From Vicugna vicugna (lineage: Eukaryota): a stretch of 64,000 nucleotides of DNA. Positions within the stretch are counted from its first letter, which is position 1; the number at the start of each line of letters is the position of its first letter. This document shows, piece by piece, positions 24,707-36,590 of this stretch. The notes under the pieces were generated by a model. It had not been told where the DNA came from, ran no database searches, and saw only the letters and a list, made by a program, of their open reading frames with translations. Where the stretch lies: NCBI GenBank assembly GCA_013265495.1, contig MU057584.1, positions 288,608 through 352,607 of the forward strand, written 5' to 3'. The position numbers and the translations under genes were made by a program.

Positions 24707-25274
24707 GTGAGTCCTGGGTCGGAAGAGGGAGGGGCTGGGGACCCAGATTCCCCAGGATCCTGAGAAATGAGGGGGTGGGGGACCTGGACTCCTAGGTCTG
24801 AGGGAGGAGGGGTGTAGGCAGGAAAGTAAAGAGAGCAAGAAGTCAACTTGGGGCCCCCAGGAAAATTTCTGTCTCGCATGCATAGAGTTTACGAGGTGGT
24901 TTAGTCCAGATGAGATGACATACCGGCTGTGTGCCAAGTACTTAGCCTCAGCCCGCACAATCCCCATATTCTGGGCACAATCCACACTATCACCATGTCG
25001 GGTTAAAGACCAGCTGGGCCCCAGCAGCTGCCGTCATTGGCCAGGGCACATAGCCACGGAGGCGCAGAGGTGACTCCAATCAGCGCCTGGATCCAAACTC
25101 GATCCTCTTAACCCCTGGGCTGGGCCACCTGCCCAGCTACCTCGTGTAACCTGCTCTGTCCTTGCTGATGGAACAAGTCCTGTCCCTATTCTCTGGATGA
25201 GGAAATTGAGAGGCGGAGCAATCAGAAGGTTTCCTCAAATTCATGCGGACACTGGGGTTAAAAGTGAGGGAAGA

Positions 25275-25412
25275 GGGGGAGGGTATAGTTCAGTGGTAGA
25301 GTGTGTGCTTAGCATGCATGAGGTCCTGGGTTTAATCCCCAGTACCTCCGTTAATAAATAAACCTAATTACCTCCTCCCTAAAAAAAGTTAAAAAAATAA
25401 AAAGCATTTTTT
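25275..25412 (+). mobile_element. tRNA-Ala-derived SINE (vic-1-like)
   Basis: Head plus tail; TSD aagtgagggaaga on both sides. Confidence 0.9.
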
Positions 25413-26269
25413 TAAGTGAGGGAAGATAAAGGCAAAGGGGTAAATTGTTTTTATATAATTTTTATTGGACCTTTTTCCTCACTACAAAAATAACTGGCAA
25501 GCATTGTGGAAACTTTAGACAATATGGTTATTGCAAAAAGAAAACAGCACCGAAGGTCAAGCATGCCCAGCCACCTCCAGGAATAGCCGCTGCGACCCCT
25601 TGTAATATGTCCTTCCTGTCTTTTTTTTTCCCCTCAATGTTTCTACACAAAAATTGTGCTGTACATACAATTTTGAAACTTCTCTGTTTTGTGAACATCC
25701 TTCCATGTCAAAGCCTGTAGATCCATTTTCCCCAACATTTTATCAGGAGATTTTTCAAACATACAGAAAAGTTGTAAGAATTGTCCAGCAAACACTCAAA
25801 AACCCACACGTGGATTCTCCCATTAATATTTTCCTGTTAGTTGTTTTTATCACATTCCTGCCCATCGGTTCATCCCTCTGTCCATCCATCAAACAGTCTT
25901 TATCTTTCATGTTTCAAAATACCCACAACCCCTCCTTCATGTTGCTCGGATTCCATCCTAGGTGATACCTTCAATGACTTAACCAATCCCAAGTGGGGAT
26001 AGAGGCGCTTTCCCATTTTCAACTATGCAGATGTCATGGTGGAGACCAACCGTGTCTGTCCACCTCCATGGATACCCACAGTAGGGTCTTGATGGTGAAA
26101 GGAACTGCTGGCCAAAGGTTTCCAACTGGTGTTGACAGCCAGCCTTTATTTTCCTGCCCCAAAACACCACAGTTCAGGCTTACAAGCCACAGGGCGGGGT
26201 TTCCAGGCCCGCTCTGCCAAATGCCCAAATCCGTGCCTCTGTCTCCTCCATCCCTTACGCCAGTGTTTC

Positions 26270-27240
26270 CTGATGGCTGTGGGCCAGACGCTGTTGACCC
26301 ACATACCTTGGTAAATAAAATAGAGCAAACTCCGTCCCCTCTTGGAGTTCCCATTTGGGTAAAGGAGAGAAACAATAAACAAGATAATGTTGTCAAGGAC
26401 GGTAGATAAAGGTAGATGAAGGCCGTGGAAAAGATAAAGCGGGGAGAGGAGGATGAGGAAGGGGGTCACTGCATTTGAAATAGAGTGGCCCAGGAAGGTG
26501 TCATAAAGGTGACATCCGAGCAGAGGCCTGAAAGAGGTGAGGGTGAACAGTGTGGTACTGGTGGGAAGAGCATTCCACACACAGGGAACAGAACATGCGA
26601 AGACCCTGGGATGGGAGCATAACTGGAGTGTTTGAGGATCTACTGTTGGCCACCGTGGATAGCTAAGAGCAAAGGGGAGAGTAACAGACAGTGTGATCAG
26701 TGGCATCAGGGGGCCAGCGTGTATGGGACCCATACCCATGGTAAGGACTTTTGTTTTATTCTGAGTGAGATTATAGAGGTGGACTTTGGATAGAGGAGGG
26801 ACTTGAGCTGACTTAGTTCTGATAAGATCTCTCAGGCTGCAGAATAAGGGACAGAGTGGGGTGGGGTGAGGGTAGAAATAGGGAACCCCATGAGAAGGTG
26901 GCCGCAGTGGACCAGGAGTAGGGGGCACAGCCCTGGGTGGTGGCTGCGGTCCTTTGCACTCACCTCTAGATCCACAGTGGCCTCCCTGTGGATCCTCAAA
27001 TACTTCAATTATGTTCCCATTCCAGGGTCTTCGCATATGCTGTTCCCTATGCCTGGAATGCTCTTCCCACCAGTTCGCACACTGGTTACTCTCACCCTTG
27101 CCTCCTTCAGGCCTCTGCTCAGGATTCTGTATATCCAGTTGGATTCTGGATAGATTTTGAAGGTGGGGCAGACAGGATCTGCTGATAGGCTGGACGTGAG
27201 TGTGAGCAGAAGAGTCAGGAGAACTCCAGGTTGCTCTCAG
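26270..27240 (-). mobile_element. L2 fragment containing an internal inverted duplication
   Basis: Antisense L2 motifs (gggaagagcattcca...gggaacag, taaggacttt...ttattctgagtga, ggattctggatagattttgaagg). Confidence 0.7.
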
Positions 27241-27356
27241 GGGCTATCACAGATGTCATGAGGGCTTCTGCGTTCCCAGCATACAGTAAGTGCTCAATCA
27301 CCTGTCACTCTAGGCCTCCACCAGAGGCCCCTTCCTCACCCATGTGTCTCTCCCAG

Positions 27357-27505
27357 GTCCACGGGACCCCTGCCACCCTCTGCTGTGGCCCAGGACACCC
27401 AGCTCCTGATCCACACCGTGGATGAATCCATCAACACGACTTTCATCTGCCTTGTCACCAACGCCCTGGGGACGGGCCAGGCAGAACTGACAGTCCTGGT
27501 CAGAG
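27357..27505 (+). CDS. PVR: PVR exon 5 (D3 second half, 149 nt)
   Basis: tctcccag|[50 protein letters not shown]; donor G|GTGAGG. Confidence 0.95.
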
Positions 27506-28565
27506 GTGAGGCGCCTCCTGGGTGGGGAGAGCAGAAGGACCATAGAAGGAAGTCACGGGAGGATTCTCTCTGGGGGAAGAGTTTAGAAGTGGTCCCTGGT
27601 AAGGGAGCCCCTCAGCCACAAGAATGCTCTCTGACTCCCATCCTTCCCCTAAGCTCCCTCATGGAAGGTCCAACAGGACCAGCTTTACTCTCTGTTAACT
27701 CAACATCTGTGCCACGGGAACCACGGTACCGCCACCAGGACTCAGCCGCTCTGCAAACCTGGCTGGGGTAGCTGGGTGATGCCCCTTTCACTGGGACTCA
27801 GGAAGGCTTTCCAAGTGTATCAGGCAGAACTCTACCATTCAGAATTGCTAGAAGCACAACTCAAAATAGTGAAGCAAAAATGAGATTTAAAAAAAAATTT
27901 TTCTCCATTATTTCCTTCACCACCATATTTGAGTATTATTACCCTTCAGTAGTATTATATTTTAATATAATATATAAATAATAAAGTTCATCCTTTGAAC
28001 ATGTACACTTTTTTCCTTAGTATATTTTCGAGGTTTTACAGCCATCAGGACTACCCAATTCCAGAACAAAAAAATGAGACTTTATTGAAAATGTGCCTCC
28101 AAGGATGGTTAGATCCAGGTGCTCCAACTGTGTAACCCAGGAGCTTTTCTTTACCTCTCTTGTCTGTGCTTTTATCTATGCTGACTTCATTCTCTGGAAG
28201 GCTCTCCCCTCAGGAAGGTGAGATGGTCCTCAGCTCTCAGCCCAATTCAGTAATCCCAAGGGAAAATACACCACTTTCAATAACTCTAGCCACAGTCTCA
28301 GGGCTGGCTCTCACTGGCTCAACTTGGGTCACAGACCCCGCTATGAACCAATCACCGCAGCCAGGGAGAATGGAATGCCCTGACAGGCCGGGCCCAGGTC
28401 AAAGTCCCATCCTAGGAACCAGAGGATGGTGTCAAATCCACCTGAACCATATAGACTAAGGGAAGCAGAGCGGTAGCTTCCTTTAAAAATGAGGAGTAAT
28501 GTTTTGGGGGCAGGTGAAAACCCCAGAAGTCTCTCAATTTAATTCTCTGCTTCCTTTTCCTGCAG

Positions 28566-28688
28566 GACTTCCTAGGGAGCAACCACATTCGGGCTTGCCT
28601 CCTTGGAAAATTATCCTCCTGACTCTGGGAATCCTGGTTGTTCTGGCCTTGTCCCTATTCATTTATCGCTGGCGATGCAGAAGCCTCT
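28566..28688 (+). CDS. PVR: PVR exon 6 (transmembrane); read-through to TGA 28760-28762 gives a delta-like isoform
   Basis: ttttcctgcag|GA; GLPREQPHSGLPPWKIILLTLGILVVLALSLFIYRWRCRSL; phase-1 donor T|GTGAGT at 28689. Confidence 0.9.
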
Positions 28689-28754
28689 GTGAGTCCCCTC
28701 CTTCCTGGCACGTCCTCCGCCTCTCTGCTGTAAATGAACATCACCACAGCCGCC

Positions 28755-28900
28755 ATAACTGAGCCCATACTATGTGCCAGGCTCTGCGCTAAGCCGTCCA
28801 CATGGCAGCCTCTCACTGAGTCCTCACCTCAGTACCATGAAGTTCCCCTATTTGACAGGCGAGGACATTGAGACCAGGGAGTTTGAGTCATTAGACTGTT
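28755..28900 (-). mobile_element. MIR fragment immediately after PVR exon 6
   Basis: ctgagcccatactatgtgccaggctctgcgctaagc...tttgacaggcgaggacattgagacc resembles the antisense MIR core. Confidence 0.65.
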
Positions 28901-30454
28901 GACTCATTTTACAAATATTTCGGGAGTGGGAGCAGATCCTGTAGGGCCTCGAAGCCCAGAGTAAGGACTTTAACTTTTAATTCAGTGACACAGGAGCCCC
29001 ACCAGAAGGATGGAGGGCAGAATAACACTTAACTGCACTCCCACTCACCCCCAGCTTTCCTCTATCTGCCTTGCTCAGGAGTGACTCCCTAACTGCTCTC
29101 ATGGAAAAAAAAGGAGGTGGCAGGAACTGGCACCTCGATCCCTGGCTCAAAAAGGACCTGATGCTCTCACCTCAAGGACTTTGCAAGGCTGTTCCCCTGC
29201 CTGGAGCACCCTCCCCATGGCTCCCTCTGACAAAGTCCTGCGGCTAATTCTGTAATCAAAAGAACTATATTTTGCTGAGCACTTTCTCTGTGCCAAGGAC
29301 TTCCTCTGCACAGCCCCCTTGAATGTCCACAACCACCCTGCAAAGAGAGTCCCGCTGTGAGCCCAACTTACAGATGAGGAAATGTTTGCTCAGAAGGGTG
29401 AAGTTGCCTGCCGAGTGACACACAAGTGGAATGTCAGGAGTAGATGGCAGTTCTGTTGGCTGGAAAGCTTTGTTCCCTCAATCACTAAATAAAATTACCT
29501 CCCCACATCCCAATGGGAGGCCCCCTCCTCCAGGAGGCCCTCCATATTCTTCCTTGAAATGAGCCAAGCACCAGCTCTAGGCTCCCCTACCCCGGCCTTG
29601 CCCACTCAGGGATATCACTGTGCAGGGACTCGTGTGTCTCTCCAGTGGACTGTGAGCCCCAGGAGGGCAGAGCTAGAACCATCACAATCACGGCTGTATC
29701 CCCAGCACCACCTACCACCAGGATAGGCATGAAAGAGATATTTGAGGAAGTGTTTGCTGAATACATCATGTCCAGAGCCAGACTGCCTATGTCTGGGCCC
29801 ACACTCTACTGCTTTATGGTGTCACCATGAGCAAATGACTTACTCTCTCTGACTCGAGTTTCCTCATCTGTGAAATGGAGTAACTGTACCTGATGATACA
29901 GGCAAAGGCCTCAGTGCAGTGGTTGCACTCTGTAAGCCACACGCGGGGCGTACGCATAGCTGTGATTATTACCACCACTCCTGCGGTGTCTATGATGCTT
30001 AATATGTAAGTACCATGAGAGCAGGGATTTTTGTCTGTTTTACAGCTATATCCCTAGCACCTAGGATGCCCCTGGCACAAAGCAGACATTCACTATTTAC
30101 TGAATAAATCCCGGTTTGATGGTTGAGGAAACTGAAGCCCAGAGAGGTTAAGTCAATTGCCCATTGTCACCCAGCTCCTTAAGGACAGAACAGGAATCTG
30201 AACCCTTCCATCTGGTTCCAGAGCCTGTGCTCTGTAAATATTGACTTATACCTAATAACTGAATGAAGAACTACATGAAGCGTATATCCCAGGTGTGTTT
30301 TAGAAATATAGAAACTGTTTTGGGAAGTGACTCCCCCATATCAATAGCAGAGCTGGGACTTAGAATTCAAGGGACACAGCCACCCACACGTCTTCTTCCC
30401 ATGCTCTCCTGCACTGTCATTCATTCCTGACCACTTCTCCTCCTGCTTCCCCAG

Positions 30455-30486
30455 GTCACAAACGGCGCAGCCCCTCTGCTAATGGC
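30455..30486 (+). CDS. PVR: PVR exon 7 (32 nt)
   Basis: cttccccag|GT; CHKRRSPSANG (cf. human ..SASANG); donor GGC|GTAAGT. Confidence 0.9.
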
Positions 30487-30879
30487 GTAAGTGTGGTGGT
30501 GGGGCTGAAGAGGGGGTGTGTGTGTGGGAAGTGGGGTCTGCATGAACCTCAGATTAATCACTGTGGGCTTTCCCAAGGCAGAGCCAGGCATATCTGGGCA
30601 CCTGCAGCACTGAACCAAAAGCCTGAATGGCCTCACATGTCAGGTCCTTGATCTCTTCTCCAAATGCCTTGAGCAGCAGTTCCCAACCCTTCCTGCCATA
30701 GCCCCTGTAAGGTTTGAGAAAATGCAGGTTCCTGGGCCTTGCCCCCTGAGAGTCTGGTCTGGTGGGTCTGCACTGAAGCCTGGAGATCTGCATTTTCACA
30801 GGCACCCCTTCCCTCCCCACTCATGACTCCACCTGGAGAAGTGTTGCCCTGGTTCCCAGAGGGTAGGGAACATGACTGC

Positions 30880-32815
30880 AGCTCTTTTTTTTCTCTTTAG
30901 GTGCACTTTTAATGAATTTTTATACACATGTAACAGTTTATGTAGACCACATCTGCACCACGGTCATGATACAGAACATTCTCTCCACCCCCAAATTTCC
31001 TTCTGCCCCGTTTTAGTCAATTCTCTCACTCCCCTCTCAGCATCCACCAACACTGATCAGGAGTCCATCCCTCCAGTTTTGCTTTTCCTAGAACATCCTA
31101 TAAGCACATATAATGCATCTGAGGTTCCTCCATGTTGGGCTGCCTCCATCAGTAGTTGGTGTTTGTATTTTTCTGAGTAGCATCAGATATACTAGTTTGT
31201 TTACTCACTGCTCAGTTGATGGACATTTAGTTTGTTACAAGTTTGTTGCTATTATGAATTGCTATAAAATTAATGTGCAGGGTTTTCTTTGTGGACATAT
31301 GTTTTCACTTCTCTTGGGTAGATGCCTAGGAGTGGAATAGCTGGGTCTGTTCTTTTGCTAATGCCATCTTGCCTTGATCAATGTAGCTCTACTGTAAGTC
31401 TTGGAATCAGCTAGTGTTTGTTCTCCAACTTTGTTCCTTCTTCTTTTAAAAAGTTGTTTTTTAGGCAATTCTAGTTTCTATGTCTTTCCATATAGATATT
31501 GGAATAAGCTTCTCAATATCTACAAAAATGCATGTTAAGATTGGGATTGTGTTAAACCCATACATCAGTTTGGATCTGGCAATCCATGAACATGGTATAT
31601 TTATTTAGATCTTCTTTGATTTCTCTTACCAATGTTTTATAGTTTTCTACATACAAATTTTACACATTTTCCCCAAGATTTAATAACTTTATGCTACTGT
31701 AAATGGTACTATTTTAAAATTTCGATTACTAATTATTCATTGCTAGTATATAGAAATAAAATTGATATCTGTATATTGACCTTTATTCTTTGATCTAGAT
31801 AACCTACTTATTAGTTGTAGTAGCCCTACTATTTTTTAACATTATTTATAATTGCCAAGATATGGAAGCATCCTAAGCGCACATCAATAATAGATGAATG
31901 GATAAAGAAGACACAGCATACATATGTAATGGAATACAATTCACCCATAAAAAGAAGGATATTTTGCCATTTGCACCCCTTCATTCACTTTTTATTTCCA
32001 CTTCAAAAACCAGAATTTTGTAACAGGTATAAACATTTTCATTGCATCAAAAACAACTAAATACCTAGAAATAAACTTAACCAAGGAGGTTACCTATACA
32101 CTGAAAACCGTACAACATTGATGAAAGAAACTGAAGATGATACAAAGAAATGGAACGATATCTTGTGCTCTTGGATTGTAAGAATCAACATTATCAAAAT
32201 GGCCATACTATCCAAAGCAATCTACAGATCCAGTGCAACCCCTGTCAAAATACTCACATTTTCCACAGAACTAGAACAAACAATTCCAAAATTTATATGG
32301 AACCATAAAAGACCCCAAATTGCCAAAACAATCTTTTGTTAAGTCTTTTTTTTTCTCTTTCTTCTTTTTGTTCTCTTTTCTTAAGTTTTGATACTAGAGA
32401 AGTTCCTTTAACATTTGTTGTAAAGCTGGTTTGGTGGTGCTGAATGCTTTTAGCTCTTGTTTATCTGTGAAGTTTTTGATTTCTTCATCAAATCTGAATG
32501 AGAACCTTGCTGGGTAAAGTATTCATGGTTGTAAGTTTTTTCCTTTCGTCACTTTAAATACATCATGCCACTCCCTTCTGGCCTGTAGAGTTTCTGCTGA
32601 AAAATCAGCTGATAACCTTACGAGAATTCTCTTCTATGTTATTTGTTGCTTTTCTGTTGCTAATTTTCATATTTTCTCCTTATCCTTAATTTTTGTCAAT
32701 TTGATTACTGTGCGCTTTGGTGTGTTCCTCTTTGGGTTGATCCTGTGTGGAACTCTCTCACTTCCAGGATTTGGGTGACTGTTTCCTTTCCCAAGTTGGG
32801 GAAGTTTTCAGTTAC
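30880..32815. mobile_element. Mosaic of L1 fragments filling PVR intron 7
   Basis: Antisense L1 3'UTR/ORF2 (~30880-31830), sense ORF2 piece (32118-32342: [28 protein letters not shown]...[14 protein letters not shown]), antisense ORF1-like piece (~32385-32815). Confidence 0.85.
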
Positions 32816-32907
32816 TAATGCCTCCAGCTCTTTGCATGCTAGGCTTCAGGGAGAAGATTTTTGTTTGAAAAGCGCCTGAGGCTAAAGTTTGCATATCCTC
32901 CTTCTAG

Positions 32908-32979
32908 AAGGTCTCCTATTCAACTGTGGACAGTAAAGACAGCTCTCCCCAGGATCCGCCAACAGAGAGCACAAGGTGA
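32908..32979 (+). CDS. PVR: PVR exon 8 coding part with ITIM (VSYSTV) and stop
   Basis: ccttctag|AAG; KVSYSTVDSKDSSPQDPPTESTR* (cf. human HVSYSAV...QDPQTEGTR). Summed exons 1239 nt = 412 aa + stop. Confidence 0.93.
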   Translation, partial: KVSYSTVDSKDSSPQDPPTESTR

Positions 32980-33114
32980 CAGCATCAGGACCGAATGGAG
33001 AGAGAGACTGCAGCTGGTGAGGATGTGGGTCTCACAGCCGGACTCCGCCTCAGTAGATGAAATCTCCCTCCAAAGAGACCCTCCCCGAGCCAGACCTCAA
33101 GAATGTCCCTTCTT

Positions 33115-33710
33115 ACGTGCAAGTTCAGGGGTCCCCAAGACCACCTTCAGGTCGAATCATTCACTACAAGGACTCACAGAACTCAGGAATGCTGTTGTAC
33201 TCATGGATACTCAGTTACAGTTTATTTCACTGGAAGTATGAGATTAAGGTCAGCAATGTGAAAAGGCTTGCAGGGAAGGGTCTTGGAGAGACTGCACACA
33301 AGCTTCCAGTTGTCCACTCCCTGTGGAGTCATGTGGACAACACTTACTTCTCCCAGCGATGATGTATGACAACACACACACAATACTGCCAACCAGAATA
33401 GCTCATCTCAGCCTTGGTTTCCAGGGTTTTTATTGGGGGTCAATCGTGTAGACACAACTGACCACCCACATAGCTGACTTCAGTCTCTAGCACCAACATA
33501 GGTCAGGCTAATATACTGTGGTCCAAGGCCCCCACCACAAAGTACACTGCTGGCACAGACTATCCAGTGTGGCCCACGGCCACAGGTCAACAAAGACTCC
33601 TATCAACCAGCACATTCCAAGAGCTTAGAGGTTACTTCCCAGGAGCCAAGGGCAAAGGGCTAGGTATCTTTTTGAACAAACTTAATCCTTTCCTGCATAG
33701 CAGAACCACA
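33115..33710. mobile_element. MER21-like ERV LTR inside the PVR 3'UTR
   Basis: ggggtccccaagaccacc...tcactacaaggactcacagaactcag...cagtttattt...ccagggtttttattggggg...ttccaagagcttagaggttac. Confidence 0.65.
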
Positions 33711-34464
33711 CAAAATGCTCCAACTACTGAAGATTTTTTCATAAGAATCTGATCTCTGGTCTTGAACTTCTAAATCTCTGTATAATATGGAATGTCTGTA
33801 GTTACAAGAAATAGCGACGGACCGTTATCACCAGAAGAGAACCAAAGGCTGGAGCCCAGCTGCCCGAGGCTGCCCAAGGAGCCAGCACAACTGGTGGTCA
33901 TGACCTTAGAGGCTGTCTGTTCCAAGCACCTTCTGCCAAGACTCAGCCCCAGGAGAACATCTGTAGCCAGGGTGCTAATATTGACAAGATGCTGGCAACC
34001 CATCAAGGTAAAGCACGAAGTTGTTTCCAAAACAAGGAGGAAGAGACACCGAGGAAGCAGAAACTACAGAAGAAACATTTCCCACAGACCAGGACCCAGG
34101 GCGCAAAACTGCTCAGATACAACTGACCTCTTTACTTTGAAATGGTCTTGATGCCAGGCACTAGAATTCCTCTTACAGACAGAACTGTCTGTTGGAGAAG
34201 ATACCCTAGGGAGATAGAGACCTTGGACCAGAATGCAAGGCATGAGCTGCTCTGCAAGAGAGATGAGAAGGATTCAGCTTTGCTCTGGACTGATGGGAGG
34301 GTGCAGGACAGAGAAGGATGGGGACAAAATGGGACTCGGCGGGACGGGAGGGGGAGCAGTGGGGTAACGAGGCCAGTGGGCTCCATAGTGTCAGGGACAC
34401 AAAGGGAGATTTGTAGCCTTGCTGCCATATAAACCCCTGACCGTCCCCAGCCCCCAAACATCTC

Positions 34465-34470
34465 ATTAAA
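34465..34470 (+). terminator. PVR: Probable PVR poly(A) signal ATTAAA
   Basis: ATTAAA followed by U/GU-rich downstream sequence (gtttatttatt...tggctgtgtg...tcttttgt), ~1.5 kb after the stop. Confidence 0.55.
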
Positions 34471-34698
34471 GTTTATTTATTAACCTCAAGTGGCTGTGTG
34501 CAAGGGGGTCTTTTGTGGGAACTGAGGAGAGACCAAGTTTCATGTGGGCTGTCACTGGGTGAGATGGAACCAGAGGTGTGGAGGCAAGACCTTGAATCAA
34601 GAAGATCATAAGGACACAAGTCCCCAGAATTCTCAGACACCAAGGGGAGTGCGCACCTTATTTCTCTTTCTCTCTCTCTTTAATTTAACTAGAAAATA

Positions 34699-35703
34699 CA
34701 GGCATACCTCAGGTATTGCCGGTTCAGTTCCAGACTATAGCAATATAGCAAATATCACAATAAAGATGTTGCAACATAGTGGATATCGCAATTAAGCAAC
34801 TCATGCAATTTTTTGTTTTCTAGTGCATATAAAAGGAATGTTTGCACTATACTGCAGTCTATTAGGTGTACAGCAGCATAATGTCTAAAAAATGTACATA
34901 CATCAACTTTAAAGTGCTTTATTGCTAAAAAATGCTAACCATCATCTGAGCCTTCAGTGAGTCATAATCTTTTATGACTTACAGTCAACAGTAACAGCAG
35001 ACTTACAGCTGTTATAACAACTGTGGGGCCAACTGACATCCTTCAAAGTCCAACAACCCCCGTTTCTGGGCTCTCAGATGTCTGCCTGTGATCCCTCAGC
35101 AGGCAAAGTACATTCTTTACTGGGCATGTTTCCACTAACAAACTAACAGCCCTAGGTAATGCTCAGGCTGGTTTGTTCCAGCCCACCTAATCAGTCATAA
35201 ACCACACCGCCCTTCACGGACCCTAAACCTCTTACCTCACCTACAACCAATCAGAGACTTGTGCACAAGCCCATCAGGCACCTTATGACCCTTATAAAAG
35301 ACCCCAACAACCAGCCCTCGGTGCTCACACAGGCACCTCTCGTCTGTGTGGCCCACTGGTTGCCTATAGCAGTGTAACCTAATAAACTCCCTTACTAGCT
35401 CCTCCTTCATCTTTGTAAATTCCTTTACCAACCCGCATCACCACATCTCTGACTGGACACCACTGTTTCCCACAACATCAAAGATCACTGGCCACAGATC
35501 ACCATACCAGACAGAATAAAGAGAAAGCTTGAAATATTGAGAGAATTACCAGCGTGTGACATAGAGACACGAAGTGAACAAATGCTGTTGGAAAAATGGC
35601 ACAGAACTGTTTGACCCGGGGTTGCCACAAACCTTCAATTTGTAAAAAATGCAATATCTGCAAAGCACCATAAAACAAAGAGCAATAACATGAGCTCTGC
35701 CTG
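34699..35703 (-). mobile_element. Tigger1-derived non-autonomous element (Tigger1a-like) split by an LTR
   Basis: TA target duplications at 34697-98 and 35704-05; termini CAGGCATACCTC ... GAGCTCTGCCTG; Tigger1 end text gttgccacaaaccttcaatttgtaaaaaatgcaatatctgc. Confidence 0.82.
35022..35474 (+). mobile_element. Solo ERV LTR (453 bp)
   Basis: TGTGGG...CCCACA inverted termini, 5-bp TSD acaac/acatc, CCAAT 35247, TATAAAA 35293, AATAAA 35381. Confidence 0.82.
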
Positions 35704-35866
35704 TACAGAAAATCCCCAAACTGAAAGTTATAAAAGCACCTCAGGGGTCCACTTTGAGTTAATTTTGCATATAGGGTATAAGGTTAAGGGTCCAACTTCA
35801 TTTTTTTGCATGTGGATATCCAGTTTTACACATTTGAATTAACACCACAAAATTGTACACTCAAAG

Positions 35867-36013
35867 AGGGAGGGTATAGCTCAGTGGTAGAGTGTGTGCT
35901 TAGCAAGCACGAGGTCCTGGGTTCAATCCCCAGTGCCTCCATTAAAAAAAAAATTAAAATAAATAGACCTAATTACCTCCCCTGCAAAAAAAAAAATCAT
36001 ATAATAAATAAAT
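35867..36013 (+). mobile_element. tRNA-Ala-derived SINE (vic-1-like)
   Basis: Head plus A-rich tail; tacact(c/t)aaa flanks. Confidence 0.88.
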
Positions 36014-36129
36014 GATACACTTAAAAGTAGTTAAAATGGCAAATCTTTTGCATCTCTATTACCTCAATTTTAAAAAATTAATAACATGATACATCAAAAA
36101 CCTTTGACTTGTACCTTTTGGGTAGGGGG

Positions 36130-36590
36130 AGTTGTGTTACCACAAACTTAGTAGCTTGAAAAACACAAAATTATTCGTTTACAGTTCTGGAGGTCAGAAG
36201 TCTGAAATGAGTCTCGGAGGGTTAAGATCAAGGTGTGGGGAGGGCTGGTTCCTTCTGGAGGCTCCAGGGGAGAGGCCCTTTCCTTGCCTTTCCAGCTTCT
36301 AGAGGCTGCCTGCGTTCCTTGGCTTACAGCCCCGCACTGCATCACCATTCCCCTCCCCACTCCATTATTACATCACCTTCTTTCTTCTTTGACCTTCCTG
36401 CCTCCCTCCTTCCCTTATGAGGACCCTTGTGATGACATTTAGGGCTCCCCCTAGACAATGCAGGATAAACTCCCCATCTCAAGGTCTCTAACTTAATCAC
36501 ATCTGCAAAGTCCATTTGCCATGTAAATAGACATATTCACAGGTTCCAGGGATTAGGACCTGGGTATCTTTGGGGACCCATTATTCTATT
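36130..36590 (-). mobile_element. MaLR LTR (MLT1C/D-like)
   Basis: acagttctggaggtcagaagtctgaaatg...ccttctggaggctccaggggag...ttaatcacatctgcaaagtcc...ttcacaggttccagggattagg. Confidence 0.8.

Noticed and set aside
26146..27036. Longest ORF in the track (296 aa, minus strand)
   Set aside because: Runs through L2 sequence and the inverted duplication; no recognisable domain or splice support.
20774..27505. Alternative identification as NECTIN2
   Set aside because: D1 motifs, the 118/149/32-nt exon sizes, the ITIM tail lacking an afadin-binding C-terminus, and the position between IGSF23 and CEACAM19 all fit PVR.
32118..32342. ORF resembling L1 ORF2 protein
   Set aside because: Short truncated L1 fossil inside PVR intron 7, not a gene.
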